Origin: Eledone cirrhosa
Lineage: Eukaryota
Assembly: GCA_964016885.1 (NCBI GenBank)
Contig: OZ024742.1
Span: forward strand, 311,302,001 to 311,366,000
Length of the DNA stretch: 64,000 nt
Direction of reading: 5' to 3'
Numbering within the stretch: position 1 is the stretch's first letter; every line of letters begins with the position of its first letter. Under the pieces are notes generated by a model that saw only the letters and a list, made by a program, of their open reading frames with translations, was not told the origin of the DNA and did no database searches. Positions 49,901-61,607 of the stretch are shown piece after piece. The position numbers and the translations under genes were made by a program.

Positions 49901-52740
49901 CTAGGTCGACCATACATATCACAAACTTGTGATCTGAATAGACGGCCGTTTCAAAATGTGGACAGCTTACACTATTTCTGTCTACTTTCTTAATGAATAT
50001 CCTGTCTATATACGATCTAGATGACCCTATGCGGTGAGCCCAGGTCCACACTGGCGCATTAGGGAAATCTAGTCGGTACCTGTCAGACAGTTGGAACTGG
50101 CTGATCAGGTTCTTGAGGCTTTTGCACCCCCCGTTGCTATCGGATACTCCCACACAGTCCCAGCGTGCGTCTAAGATGCCGTTCCAGTCCCCCGCTAACA
50201 GTAAAGGGCGAGACGTGCCCAGAAAGGCTTCCAGGCGTCTAAAGAAGTCCGGCCGTCCTGCCCCAGTAGGAGAATAGACGGCCACCAGTCTAAAGGCACC
50301 ACCTTCGTTATTGTTCACGTCCAGGACCACCAACTTCCCGTCCGGGTCCCTGAAGATTGACCTAAACTTGAGATCCAGGCCTTTCCTAAACAGCACTGCC
50401 ACCCCGTCTCCCATTCCCGACTGGCTAACAGATGCAAAGATCTGATAGTCGTCGAAAATGGGGGCTAGTGCACGCGTGTCGGAAATCCTGGTCTCACTGA
50501 CGGCAATTACATCCATTTCTAGAGACCTGAGGTCATTGAGCAGGTTACCCTGCTTCCAGGACGATCCCAGGCCTCGAACATTTAAACATCCTACTCTTAA
50601 TACGGCCATGTTGGCAGGTTAAACAGAGAGAGAGGAAGGTTTACTTACCTTCCGGGCTCTTGTGAAGGTCGAGTTGTTCGACCTCCATAGTTGGTGGGGT
50701 TTCTTTTGGGAACCCCTTTAAAAGTCTTGAAGTGGGTTTTACGTTCGGGGTTCCCACGTCCCAAGGAAAGCTGACTCATATTTCTTTGTATAATTCGATC
50801 GACATTCGAACCAGAACCAAATCTTCCGGCATGCGAAATGTGCTCGATTTAAAAATTTCTCCCTCTTTTTGTATATTCTCACTTCGTGCTACGAGGACCA
50901 TCAGTTCCTTGTTGGCCCTCCTGACGAACACGAAGTTTTGTATGTTTTGTTGGTGTGATTTTATTTGTTTGTGTGGCTGTGGTGGTGATGGTTTTGGTGG
51001 AGATGTTTCGGTTGTGTCTGTGTTTGTTGTGAGTGCGGTGTCTGGGGTTTTAGATGTTTGTGTGTATATTTGTTCTTGCGTCTGTTTAGGTTGTTTGCGT
51101 TTGGGGGATTCTGGTGATGGTGGTGTTGATGTTATTGGAGAGATGTTTGCGTTGGTGGTGTCTGCATTTTTTATTGTGGGTGATTTTGTGCTTTGTTGAG
51201 TTTTTTTTTTCTTTTTTGTATTTTGGGGGATTTTGGTTTTCCCTCAATTATGGTTTTATTGGTGTGTGTATTTTGTGGGGGAGGGGGAATTTGACAGCTT
51301 TCCTCGTTTCCTCCCTGGGTCGTCAATGTTGGTGGTGGTCTTTCTATTGGTGTTGTTGTTGGTGGTTTTGCCGGTGCTGGTGTTGGTTATGGTCCTCGCC
51401 CTGGCGTTGGCAGCAGTGGAGCCTTTCGACCCCTTGCCTCTTTCAGCAGTTGAGGGCAGAAGGCTCGCAAATGGGTTTTTTCCACACAAACAAAACACTG
51501 CGGCCTTTTGCCTTCGGTCATAATGTGAATGACCGTCCCATTCTGAAGGCGGATGTGGTCCGAGATTGTCTTCACATTCTCGGGCCTGATCTGGAGAAGG
51601 ATCTCCAGGTCAACCCCGGACCAGTCCTCTCTGGTCGTTCTGGTCACTTCTATAGGGACTGTATCCGTCCCCTCCACAATCACACATCGCAGAAGCCACC
51701 ACATCTCAAGTCCTGGTGGGATCCTGGGAATGCGGAGACGGGCCGTTCTTTTTCCCATGTGGGAGGGGTACATTATGACCTTGCTGGTTTTGCAAGGAGT
51801 CATAGCGTGTTTCATAGCGAGGGCTTCTGACTTGAACAACACCGAAATGGTGCCGTACTGTCTGCCCCTCTCTATGTATTCGGTGTCTTCTCTGATGCAC
51901 CTCAGCGCGACTTCGATATCTTCTTGTGGGATTAAAGCTGCCCTGTTGGTTTGTGCTGAGATGCATCTATAATGCACCGTTCTGCGCTCCACTGCCTCAA
52001 TAGCTTCTACCGGGACAGTTAAGTTGGCCCAGGTTTGCTATTTCTTGATGAGCTTCCATGCCTGGGCCAACTTTTCATCTTTGTTTGAGAGGTCCATGCT
52101 GAAGCATGGCCTCTTTTTTGCTGCTGCCGCAGCGAAAGTGTTCTTCTTGTTTTCGTTGGAGGTGTTATTGTCGTTGTTCTTGTTGGTGTTGTTGTTATCA
52201 CTGTTATCATTGTTGTCTTTTTTGTCACCGTTGTTCTCGGTGCAGTTGGTATTGTTGCTATTGGTGTTGTCGCTATTTGTTTTCATGTTAGTGGTGTTGA
52301 TATTGTTGTTGCATTTGTTTTTGTTTTTTTTTATCTGTATTTTCGTTGTCGCTGTTACTGTCATTTTTTTCAAAATTAGAGTTCTCATTGGTATCATTGG
52401 TATCTTTGTTTACATTGTTTGTGGTGGTGTTTGTGTTATCAATTTGTGTTAATTTCGCTGTAGCGCTCCTCTCAACTTCTACGTCGTTGTCGCACGACAG
52501 CAGACATATCGCTGGGGGGCGTGGCTCAGCCATGTTTTTTTTCTCCGTAAATTTTTAACATGTAAAAAAAAGTTCAAATATTTGAGCCAAAAGGCCCAAA
52601 TATTATACTTTCCTCTTCACAAGGCAAAGTCTAAGGGCTTATATCCCTTACACAACAAGAAATATTTAACAACAAATAATTTTGAACAGGCAAATAAAGC
52701 GACTTACTGGGAGCGAGCCAAAAAGACGTCTGAACAGACC
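46985..52740 (-). mobile_element. Near full-length Tx1/L1-clade LINE (ORF1 from 52533; ORF2 APE-RT from 50609 to about 47249), frameshifted
   Basis: CLNVRGL, SET, LAGDWN, SYIDRIF and YSDH (APE); NFRPITLLN, LDQSKAFDRV, VRQGC and AYADD (RT); AATAAA at the 3' end. Confidence 0.92.
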
Positions 52741-55500
52741 AATAATAATAATAATAATAATAATAATGTATTCTTTATTAAACACAAGGGTTGACATAAA
52801 GTATAACATTAAGGACAGTACAGGATGGTACAAATGGGCATTTCTGCGTATAAAGAAAAAACAAAGGAAATGACAAAAAGAAACAAAGGAAAATTCCCCA
52901 AAACGGGGGGAGACTTCCGAGGGACACTCGTGGAGAAAGCCCATTAAAAAATCCACGGTGACCATGACCACCAGGGCAAGTGCTCTCTCCCAGTTTTCCA
53001 CCTTAAATTTACAGGCGCATACTCAGAGCAGGCCCATTCACTCGGGCCATTCTTGCCTCTCTCACCCATCTTTCAACAAATTGCTAGGAAGAGAGCACTT
53101 CCCTCTACATCCTGATTTTCCTTTTCAAATTTGAAAAAGTTAATCAGGGCATTATCAAAGAGGTAAGTCCTCGTCTTCAGCTCTTTCAAATGCACCCACC
53201 ACACAATTTCTTTCGCCATGGCCACCAGGCAGATAAAAACTGTGTGCCCTTCCTGGCTAAAGGAAGACAGCCGGGTAATCCTCACGAAGGACTCAGCTGA
53301 TAGCCAGATCCGTCTTACACTCGACAGCAGATGTTTGACATATACCCACAAGTCAGCAATGCTCGGACACTGGATGAGTGCATGCAGGATGGTTTTGTCG
53401 CCCTGTGCGCATCTCGGAGTTCATACCAAACTGGCAAAGCTCCTCGGTAGCACTGCCAGGCCAGCGATTTCTGGAAGTTGTCCATGGGCCCCGGCCCGAA
53501 AGTTCTCCCGAAGAGATTGGCTAGTTGATTTTCGTCGACGCTCAGTCTCCCCAAGGACGTTGTCGCTCTTTCCCTCCACTAACCCTCTATAGAATGCCAA
53601 GGTGGAGTTTCCACTGATCAAATTGCCCGATTGTTCGAGGGCTGTAAGCACCTGAAGACATTCAAGTTTTCAAGTGCTCCCTCTTGGTCTTCACTTGACC
53701 CAGGACTGCAGCTCCGTCAACGAGACGAGCTGGGGAAATACATGTCTAGCAAATGGCGACCACACCTGATCACCGTCGAGGAAGAGGTCGAGATGCCGTA
53801 GCCTAAGCACATGTTTGCTCATCATAAGCCTCCTGGAAAGTGTTCGTCGGAAATCTCTGATGTCCTTGGGAATTTTAATTTTAGTGTTGTGTATGTTTTC
53901 TGTGTGATATGAGTGATTTGTATGTGTGTGTGTGGTGTGAATTTTTGGGGTGTTGTATAGTCTTTTTCTGAGATGCTGGTGTTGTTTGGATCTAGTGTAA
54001 TAATTGGTTGTTCGAGTTTAATGCTGTGTAGTGTGTTTCGATTTGGTTGCTTTGTTTTGTTTGCGTTTGTTGTGGGTTTGTTTCTATTTCGCTTGTTGGT
54101 GTCTTTTGTGGTGTTGGGGTTGATGATGGTGATGGTGTTAGTGTTTGTGGTGATGGGGCTGGTGATGCAGGTGTGGGTGGTGGCGTAGCTCTCTTAACTT
54201 TGTTGTTAGTTTGTTTGCTTGTTCCATTCTCTATTTTTTTTTTTTTAGTTCAAAGGAAGAGGGTTTTTTCTTTTCTGGTTTCTTTTTTTCCCAGATACAG
54301 TTTCCCACCCCTCTTCCTCACCTCAAACGACACACCTAGGCCTTCTACCTTCAACGATTACAGTGAGGTGGCTGCCGTCATCGAGGTCTATCACCTCTGG
54401 AATCTCTTGGATGTTCTTCTGGTCTGCTTGGATCAGGAGCTCCATTCCAGATCCGGACCAGTTCTCCTGTTTTACTCTAATCAGCTCAATCACCTTTGTG
54501 TCAGCCTCAATGTCGGCGAGGAGGGCAGCCATCAGCCAGGGAATTTCAATGGCCGGTGGAATCTGGGTCACCCTTACTCTTACGAGCCTTTGTCCATAGT
54601 AGCTTGGGACGAGTGTGAACTCGTCACTTTTTAGTGGGGCCATGGAGTTCTCTCTGGCTTCCTGTGGGGTTCCAAAGAACACGTTCACAGTCCCATATCT
54701 TTGTACACGTCTGATGTGGGGTTTTGAGCCCACACATGTCCCAAAGTTCTTTGGATCTGGGACTTGGATGCCCGCTCCACTCGACATGTTTTTATATTGG
54801 TCATGCAGAATGATACAGTACATAGGTGGCGATGCTGCATGGTATTTGATGGGGGTGGGGTGGGGGTGAGGCAGACCCATTTTTCTTCACCATTTTCCTA
54901 GCCTCATTCAGTTTTCTTCCTGGCTTACCTCAATTGTTTTGTTTTTGTTTGCTGGTTTTGCGCTGGTGTTGGTGTTGTTATTCTTGTTGTTGCTGTTTTT
55001 GTTATTGTTATTTTTGTTATTATTACTTTTTGTTGCTGTGGTGGTGGTGATTTCAGTGGCATTCTACGTGGGAGAATCCATTTTGTTATCACGAGATAAT
55101 TTTTTTGTTTCAGTGGTTGCTGTGGCGGTGGTGGTATCAGTGGTGTTGGATGTGCTCTTTGACATTGCGGTGGTGAAGATGCCGGCTTTAACACCTGTAG
55201 ACAAAGGCAAGAAGTCTACGTCTGCTGGTGGCAAACTTTGGCGACTGCTTTTACTGCTGCTGCTGTTAACGAAAACGTTACCGGTTTTGGCAATTATAGT
55301 AAGGTTAACAATGGTGGTGGTGGGAGTAGTAGAGTCTATGTTAGAGCTGCTGTCACGTGACAGATGGCTTCATTTGGGGAGGCATATATCATCCATTTAA
55401 AAAAAAAAATTGTTTGTTTGACAAAATAAAGTTTAAATTTTGGGCTCAAGGCCCCAATATTATTGAGTGTCCTTTTCAGAAAGCAATATATATGAACTTA
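52741..55500 (-). mobile_element. Second Tx1-like element, internally deleted (ORF1 remnant plus ORF2 3' end)
   Basis: ORF1 similarity (YGTVNVFF..RVTQIPP..IVEGRRPRC); MDNFQKSLAWQCYRGALPV; (ATT)n tail. Confidence 0.85.
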
Positions 55501-55625
55501 TAAACAGTTAACAACAAACACTTTCCATAATTGGCAATTCAAAACAACTGAAAACAACAAACCTTTATTGAGATCATCATCATCATCATCATCATCATGA
55601 TAAAACGTTTTCCTATGTAAGTCAC

Positions 55626-57112
55626 CAATAATAATAATGATTTCATTTATTGGCCACAAGGGCCGACATGTAGGGGACAATACAAAGACACAGATAGTGG
55701 GGGTGTACAATAAGCTCGAGTAAAAGTACACAATAGCAAAAACAATTTAACAATGAAAAAATATAAAATAAACTATGTATAAAAATAACAAAATAAATTC
55801 CGTGAACCACCCAGGAGCAACTTAGCTACCCCACCAATCCTGAACCCCCCAATGCTTCTAGGGCGCCCCTCTCCTCCAGCCTACAGACGCATGGTCAGAG
55901 TAGGGCCACTCACACGGGCCATTCTCGCCACATTCATCCACCTTTTAGCAAATGTACTGGGGGTGAGGAGACTTCTCTCTCCAGCTTCACCTTCCTTTCC
56001 AAGTGAAACTTGAAGAAGTTGAGGAGGGATTGTCTGAAGAGAAAAGTGCTTGTCTTCAGTCCTTTCAACCTGGTTCACCATAGAGGAATACAGACAGAAG
56101 AAAATTGCCTGCCCTTCCTGGCCAAAAGAAGACAGCGGGTCGATCTTCACTATGGACTCGGCCGATAGCCGGATCCGTTCTACATGCGACAATATCTATT
56201 CGACATAACTCCACAAGTCAGTAATGCACGGACATTGGACGAGTGCATGCAGAACGGTTTTATCGCTCTGCGTGCATCTCGGGCAGGTCCGTCTGACAGC
56301 ACATCCATGCCTGTAGAGTTCATCCCAAACCAGCAGTGCCTCTCGCTAGCACTGCCAAGCGAGGGATTTCAGGAATTTATCCATCATCCCGGGCTTGAAA
56401 GTCCTCCGGAACAGACTGGTCAGTTCGACTTTGTTGACGGCCAGAGCCTCTCCGAGTGCGTTGTCGCACTTTCCCCCACTAATCCTCTATAGAACTTGAG
56501 AGTGGAAGTTCCACTGACTGCATTGCCTGCCTGGTAGAGGGCAGTGAGTGCCTGGCAACACTTCAGATGCCAGTCACCGAGTCTCAGTCTCTTCTTGACC
56601 AAGGACTCCAGCTCAGTTAAAGAGATGAACAGCGGAAAGGCCCATCTGACAGACAGCGACCACACCTGTTCACTGTTTAGGCAGAATATCTGGAGGTCTG
56701 GGTCAAACCAAACTCAGAGCAACTTTACTGGTCCGTCCCTCCAGATCCCAACAATGCTGTCAGATGACATGGACTTGCCTCTCCAGGTGCTGAGCTGCAA
56801 GCCCACCGACTTAAGTGTCACTACCGTCAACCTTTCATATTCCTCCAATAGGGTGCTGACCACCTCGATTTCCGAGGTGTCCAACATCATCAGGATGCTG
56901 CCATCCGCATAAGCCGATGCAACTTTCTGCGTCCCGGTTTTAGCGGGATGTCTTTCAACAGCTCCAGCTTCCGCAGTAAAGGCTCAAGAGTCAATATTTA
57001 CAGAAGGGAAGAGAGAGGGCACCCCTGACGGACTAATTGGGAAATCTGAAATGGTTCCAAGAGGTGGCCATTAACTTTGATCACGGAGCAGATGTGCATT
57101 ACAGCGATCCAG
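55626..57112 (-). mobile_element. Third Tx1-like element, 5'-truncated with deletions
   Basis: VRQGCPLSSLL; close similarity to 46990-48795; AATAAA plus (ATT)n tail. Confidence 0.88.
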
Positions 57113-57802
57113 ATTTTCTCACAGGAAGAGTGCTGCAAAAATAAATTCTCTGGCTTGTTCTGCTGGTTTTGGTTGTTGATGAAGCTGTGTTGTTGTTGTT
57201 GTCTCGCGGAGTGAGCGTATTCGATGTTTAAATTCACAGTAAAAATTTTTCAAGAAAAAATGAGTTGCGCAAAGTGCTAGAAATAACAGTCAAAGTTGAT
57301 GGTCGATGTTGAGAATGCGTTGACCTGGAAGGGTCAAGAGGCCAGAGACCAAAGAAATAAGCATTCTGAATAAATGCGCAGTTTTCAACGGCAAATTTAC
57401 GTGGTAAATTTTTAAACCGGCAAATAGGAGAATATAGCTTAAGGCTGGAGAACCTTGGCAAGAAACATTATCTATGGCGTGTGGTATCTCAGTGAGTCGA
57501 GATGTGTGCTGCCCACACGTGCCGAAATAAGGTTAAAGTCAAGTCGAAAAAAATATATTTCTATGGCGTGTGGTATCCCAGTGAGTCGAGATGTGTGCTG
57601 CCCACACGTGCCGAAACAAAGTTGTTGGCAGCCATTTTGAAAAACTCGTGTGTGTGAACGTGATAATATGATGAAACAGAAAGAAAGGCTTCATTTGGTA
57701 TAACAAATATGGCGAGTTCAACTTTTTTGTGAACGATGAAAAAAGCTTGGCGGAAAGAATAAGCAATAGTTGAGATTCAGCGAAAGTAAATGTTCATGTT
57801 GA

Positions 57803-57841
<39 letters not shown>

Positions 57842-58685
57842 CTTCTTTTTTTTTTTTTAAAGTGTAAGAAGAAACGAAAAACATATATATACATCCAGTG
57901 GAATGCGACACATAGTTGATGTGCGACACGTGCGTGAAAGGCAAAATTTTCTGTTTATTTTGCTTGCTGAGAAAACATTTTTTTTTTGATGTGTTCGTTA
58001 TAAGACAGTGTATGCGGAGAGAAATCCTTGTCTAAGGAGGTCGGAGGGATTTCTTAGTCCGAAAAAAAAAAATCACGTTAGGTGAGAGAAGAAGAGTCTG
58101 TCTGAACGAGAATTTCACATGTGCGTGTGTTCGTTTCTGTGTCTGAGTATTTTTCCTAGTTCGTTAATAAAGTTTGCTGCGTATTCGAAATGGTCGACAC
58201 ATTCCAACGAAAATGGCGTACTGCTAATTAATTTTTTATATATATTCACACAACACCAGATCCTATCATTTTTTTTTCGGAGTCACCACTTATAACATGG
58301 TACTAATGTGTATGAATATAACAAGACACTAGGTTGTGTATATAAAGTTTAATTAACAAGTTGAAGTTATGTAGAACAGAATTGTTGACATGTCAATGGG
58401 TAGATGAAAGAATGAAGTAAAGTTATTTGTTACCGTTTTGAAGTTAGCTCGCAAGAGACCATGATAGGGTTGCCAGGCGAACGCGCCTGGCCGAAGGCCA
58501 GCAGCCGAAAGGGCAAATGAGTGAGAGATCGCTCTGAGTATCCCTTTTATAGGGTCTCAAGACGGAAGTGACAAAAAGGGTTCTGCCACCCCAACGGGAA
58601 GTAACTCCAGCTACTTCCTGTCTAGAGAGCGTTAATCTATTGGTGATGTGATCGTCACAACAATGGAGGCAACTCTTGCTACACA
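57113..58685 (-). mobile_element. Gypsy-like 5' LTR (58307-58685) with tRNA-Trp-like PBS (58277-58288) and non-coding internal leader
   Basis: TGTGTA...TACACA termini; TATAAAA; TGGTGACTCCGA downstream of the LTR; no TSD around the LTR. Confidence 0.6.
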
Positions 58686-59214
58686 TCTGTTGTCGTGCTG
58701 TCTTTTTTAAAAATATGTTTGTCTACTTATATAAATATCAGTAATATAATGTGGGAGAGCATTTGAAAAATCAGGACGTCTTGGGGAGGCATGGAGCAAA
58801 AAAGGTTGAGAACCTAGGCCCTAAGGGCTGCAAGTAGAGCTAGACTAACAAGCTCACAAAGATTTTGGCTATCTTTTACTTATATTTATCCATACATTTA
58901 TAGATTTCGTTTTTAAGTAACACATTTGTTTATAATTACATTTACATATCTAAAATGTCATAAGTGTTTAAGTGCAGATGTAAACAAACACGACAGAATA
59001 ACATTTAAAAAAAAAAGACTCTTTTTTCATCTCTAATTAATTATTGTTTCTTTAGTAGCCACATAGTGCTCAATAAGTATATTAATAATATTATAAATGA
59101 AAAAAAGGTTGAATAACTGAGAAAATAGAACAAACTTACAGAGCGACTTATGACGTTGTGTTGAGACACGAAGCAATAAAAAAAAAAATTATAAATTTTT
59201 ACAAGATTATCTAC

Positions 59215-59394
59215 CTATACACTTTAAAGTAGTTCCTGACCAAGTAGAATCATAGGTACATGTAGAAATACTGCTATCACCACCAACAGATTTAAAACCA
59301 GGTTTACATGAATATATCACATCACTCCCATACAAGTTTTTTTCCGGTGAATGTTCTGCATTCGATATATGAGGCGGGTGGTCACATTTAACAT
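59215..59394 (-). CDS. Sushi/CCP domain exon
   Basis: VKCDHPPHISNA..YGSDVIYSCKPGF....STCTYDSTWSGTTLKC; 180 nt, phase 1-1, AG/GT boundaries. Confidence 0.88.
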
Positions 59395-60365
59395 CTAATT
59401 AAAATAAAATGATACAGCTACTCAAGACAATGTAAAAGTAATTTATCAAACACTATTTTAATTTTACATATGGTATAATTTTATATTCACAACAGAGGGT
59501 GGGTGGGTTTGCACACACATTTAAATACCAGCAAAAAATACAATGCATCTGTTGGGATGTATCAGTGCTAAGAAAATAATCAAATTTTGATTTTTAAATT
59601 CATAATTATGCTGGAATAAAATGGACCTCCATCAGTTTGAACGATGAGTGTTACAATTGTTCAATTAATAAAACAGCCTGTTCATGAAATTAACGTGGTG
59701 GAGCATTTTCCATACATGTAACATAATTTCCAGGGAGATTCAATGTGACACAGTGTATGCAGGAACAGTCCATTTAATGCACTTCCAAACATTTTCCATC
59801 TATCCAATTTCCTTCACATATATTGAATTTTTTCTTTGGGGGTTTTAGTGTGTAAACTTTTTTATATGGGTTTTTCAAATTTGAATGTGGCCAAAGTTTC
59901 ACCACTGTTTTACATGCTTCCATCATTGGACTGCAGCCATGATGTGACACAGCTTTCAAGCATTGATCTTCTTAGTTTATCATATTGACACCACCACCAC
60001 TACCAACAATAACAACAACAACAACTTTTGAATGACCAATGGTATTACCTAACATCTTTCTCTTTATGAATACATATTGTACATAAAAGTGGTTGTATCG
60101 TTTTAAATTTAGAAAAAAACTTGTCGGAATTTCCGGGGAATGAGATTGATGTCGTGGCAGTGGCTGAGAAAGGTGATGTGGCTGGAGTATCAGAGTTTTT
60201 TAAAGGTGAGAGAGGATGTATGTATATGCATGCTTGTAACTTTATGAAGGAGTCACTGTACAACATGTAGTTTTGTGTGGAGTGGGCAGCACACACTCTC
60301 GCTGCCCCAATGCAAGCATAGTCATTACAAAATTATTGAAATCAATAGAAACATTATGTACTTAC

Positions 60366-60575
60366 AGTGACAATATATTGTGACATTAGACCATGTAGAA
60401 TCTAATTGACAAATCGACGTTGTAGATCCATTTAAATTAACGTGATATTCTTCACATTCGTATGTAATATTACTGTTGAATTTGTGGGGTAACGGATCTG
60501 ATGCCTTACGCGCTTGGCCATTGACCATTGACACGTGAGCATTAAGAATTTGAATAGGGTTTCCGCAGTTGACAT
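60366..60575 (-). CDS. Sushi/CCP domain exon
   Basis: VNCGNPIQILNA..FNSNITYECEEY..SICQLDSTWSNVTIYC; 210 nt, phase 1-1, donor gtaagt. Confidence 0.88.
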
Positions 60576-60962
60576 CTAATTTAAAAAAGACAAAGTCACT
60601 TAATTTATAAACTCAATATTCTAAAACCACAAAAAGGGAATCTATATATCTAATACTAAACTGGAATGTTGGAACAGTTACATGAGAATCCTCATGTCAT
60701 AACCAAGTAAATGTGTACTTTTATCTGTTTATTGCAAAAAAACAAACAAACAAACAGTTTAGATAAATATAAAACGTATATTGCTAGAGCAAGATTAGCA
60801 GTATTTGAAGATGTTCAGAGTTAAACACATTGCCGAGCATAATATCTGCAGGAAAAATAAGTTCCATTGATTATTCAACACAGTGCACTGGACGAGAGTT
60901 GTGCAGAGCTCTATGCCTATAAATCTACATCCCAACATAACACCTTTCTCTCTTTACTCCCA

Positions 60963-61036
<74 letters not shown>

Positions 61037-61607
61037 TTACACACACACATAATATACACACACACACACACACATACACACACATGTATATGAATTTGGT
61101 ATATCTAATGATATACGGTGTGTTTATGAATAAACATTTAGAAAGCCTTCTAGCTATGAGCTCCATATGCAAATGAGGTTAATCAGCCTATTTACATAAG
61201 CGAAAAAACTGTAACTTTTTCAAAATCCTGCAGAGAGCAGGGGAAGCACTGTTCTGATGTCAGCCAGAGCCAGAAATGTGCATTGTCAGTTGTCCACTGC
61301 TGTTTCTGCTGGAATCCACTAAACAGCCTTTTAATATTCATAGCTAGAAGACTTTATACCATATATCATTTAATATACATAATTCACATACTTATATGTA
61401 TACAACTATGTGGGACTGAAAATTTTATATATATATATATACATATATATAAAATGAAATGATTATGATGATGATGATATATATATATATATACACACAT
61501 ACACATACATATATATATGTGTGCTGATACACATTTTTACCCACTTGCCCTATTCTAAACACATGCCTTGATATGAATATATATATATATATACATGTGT
61601 GTATATA

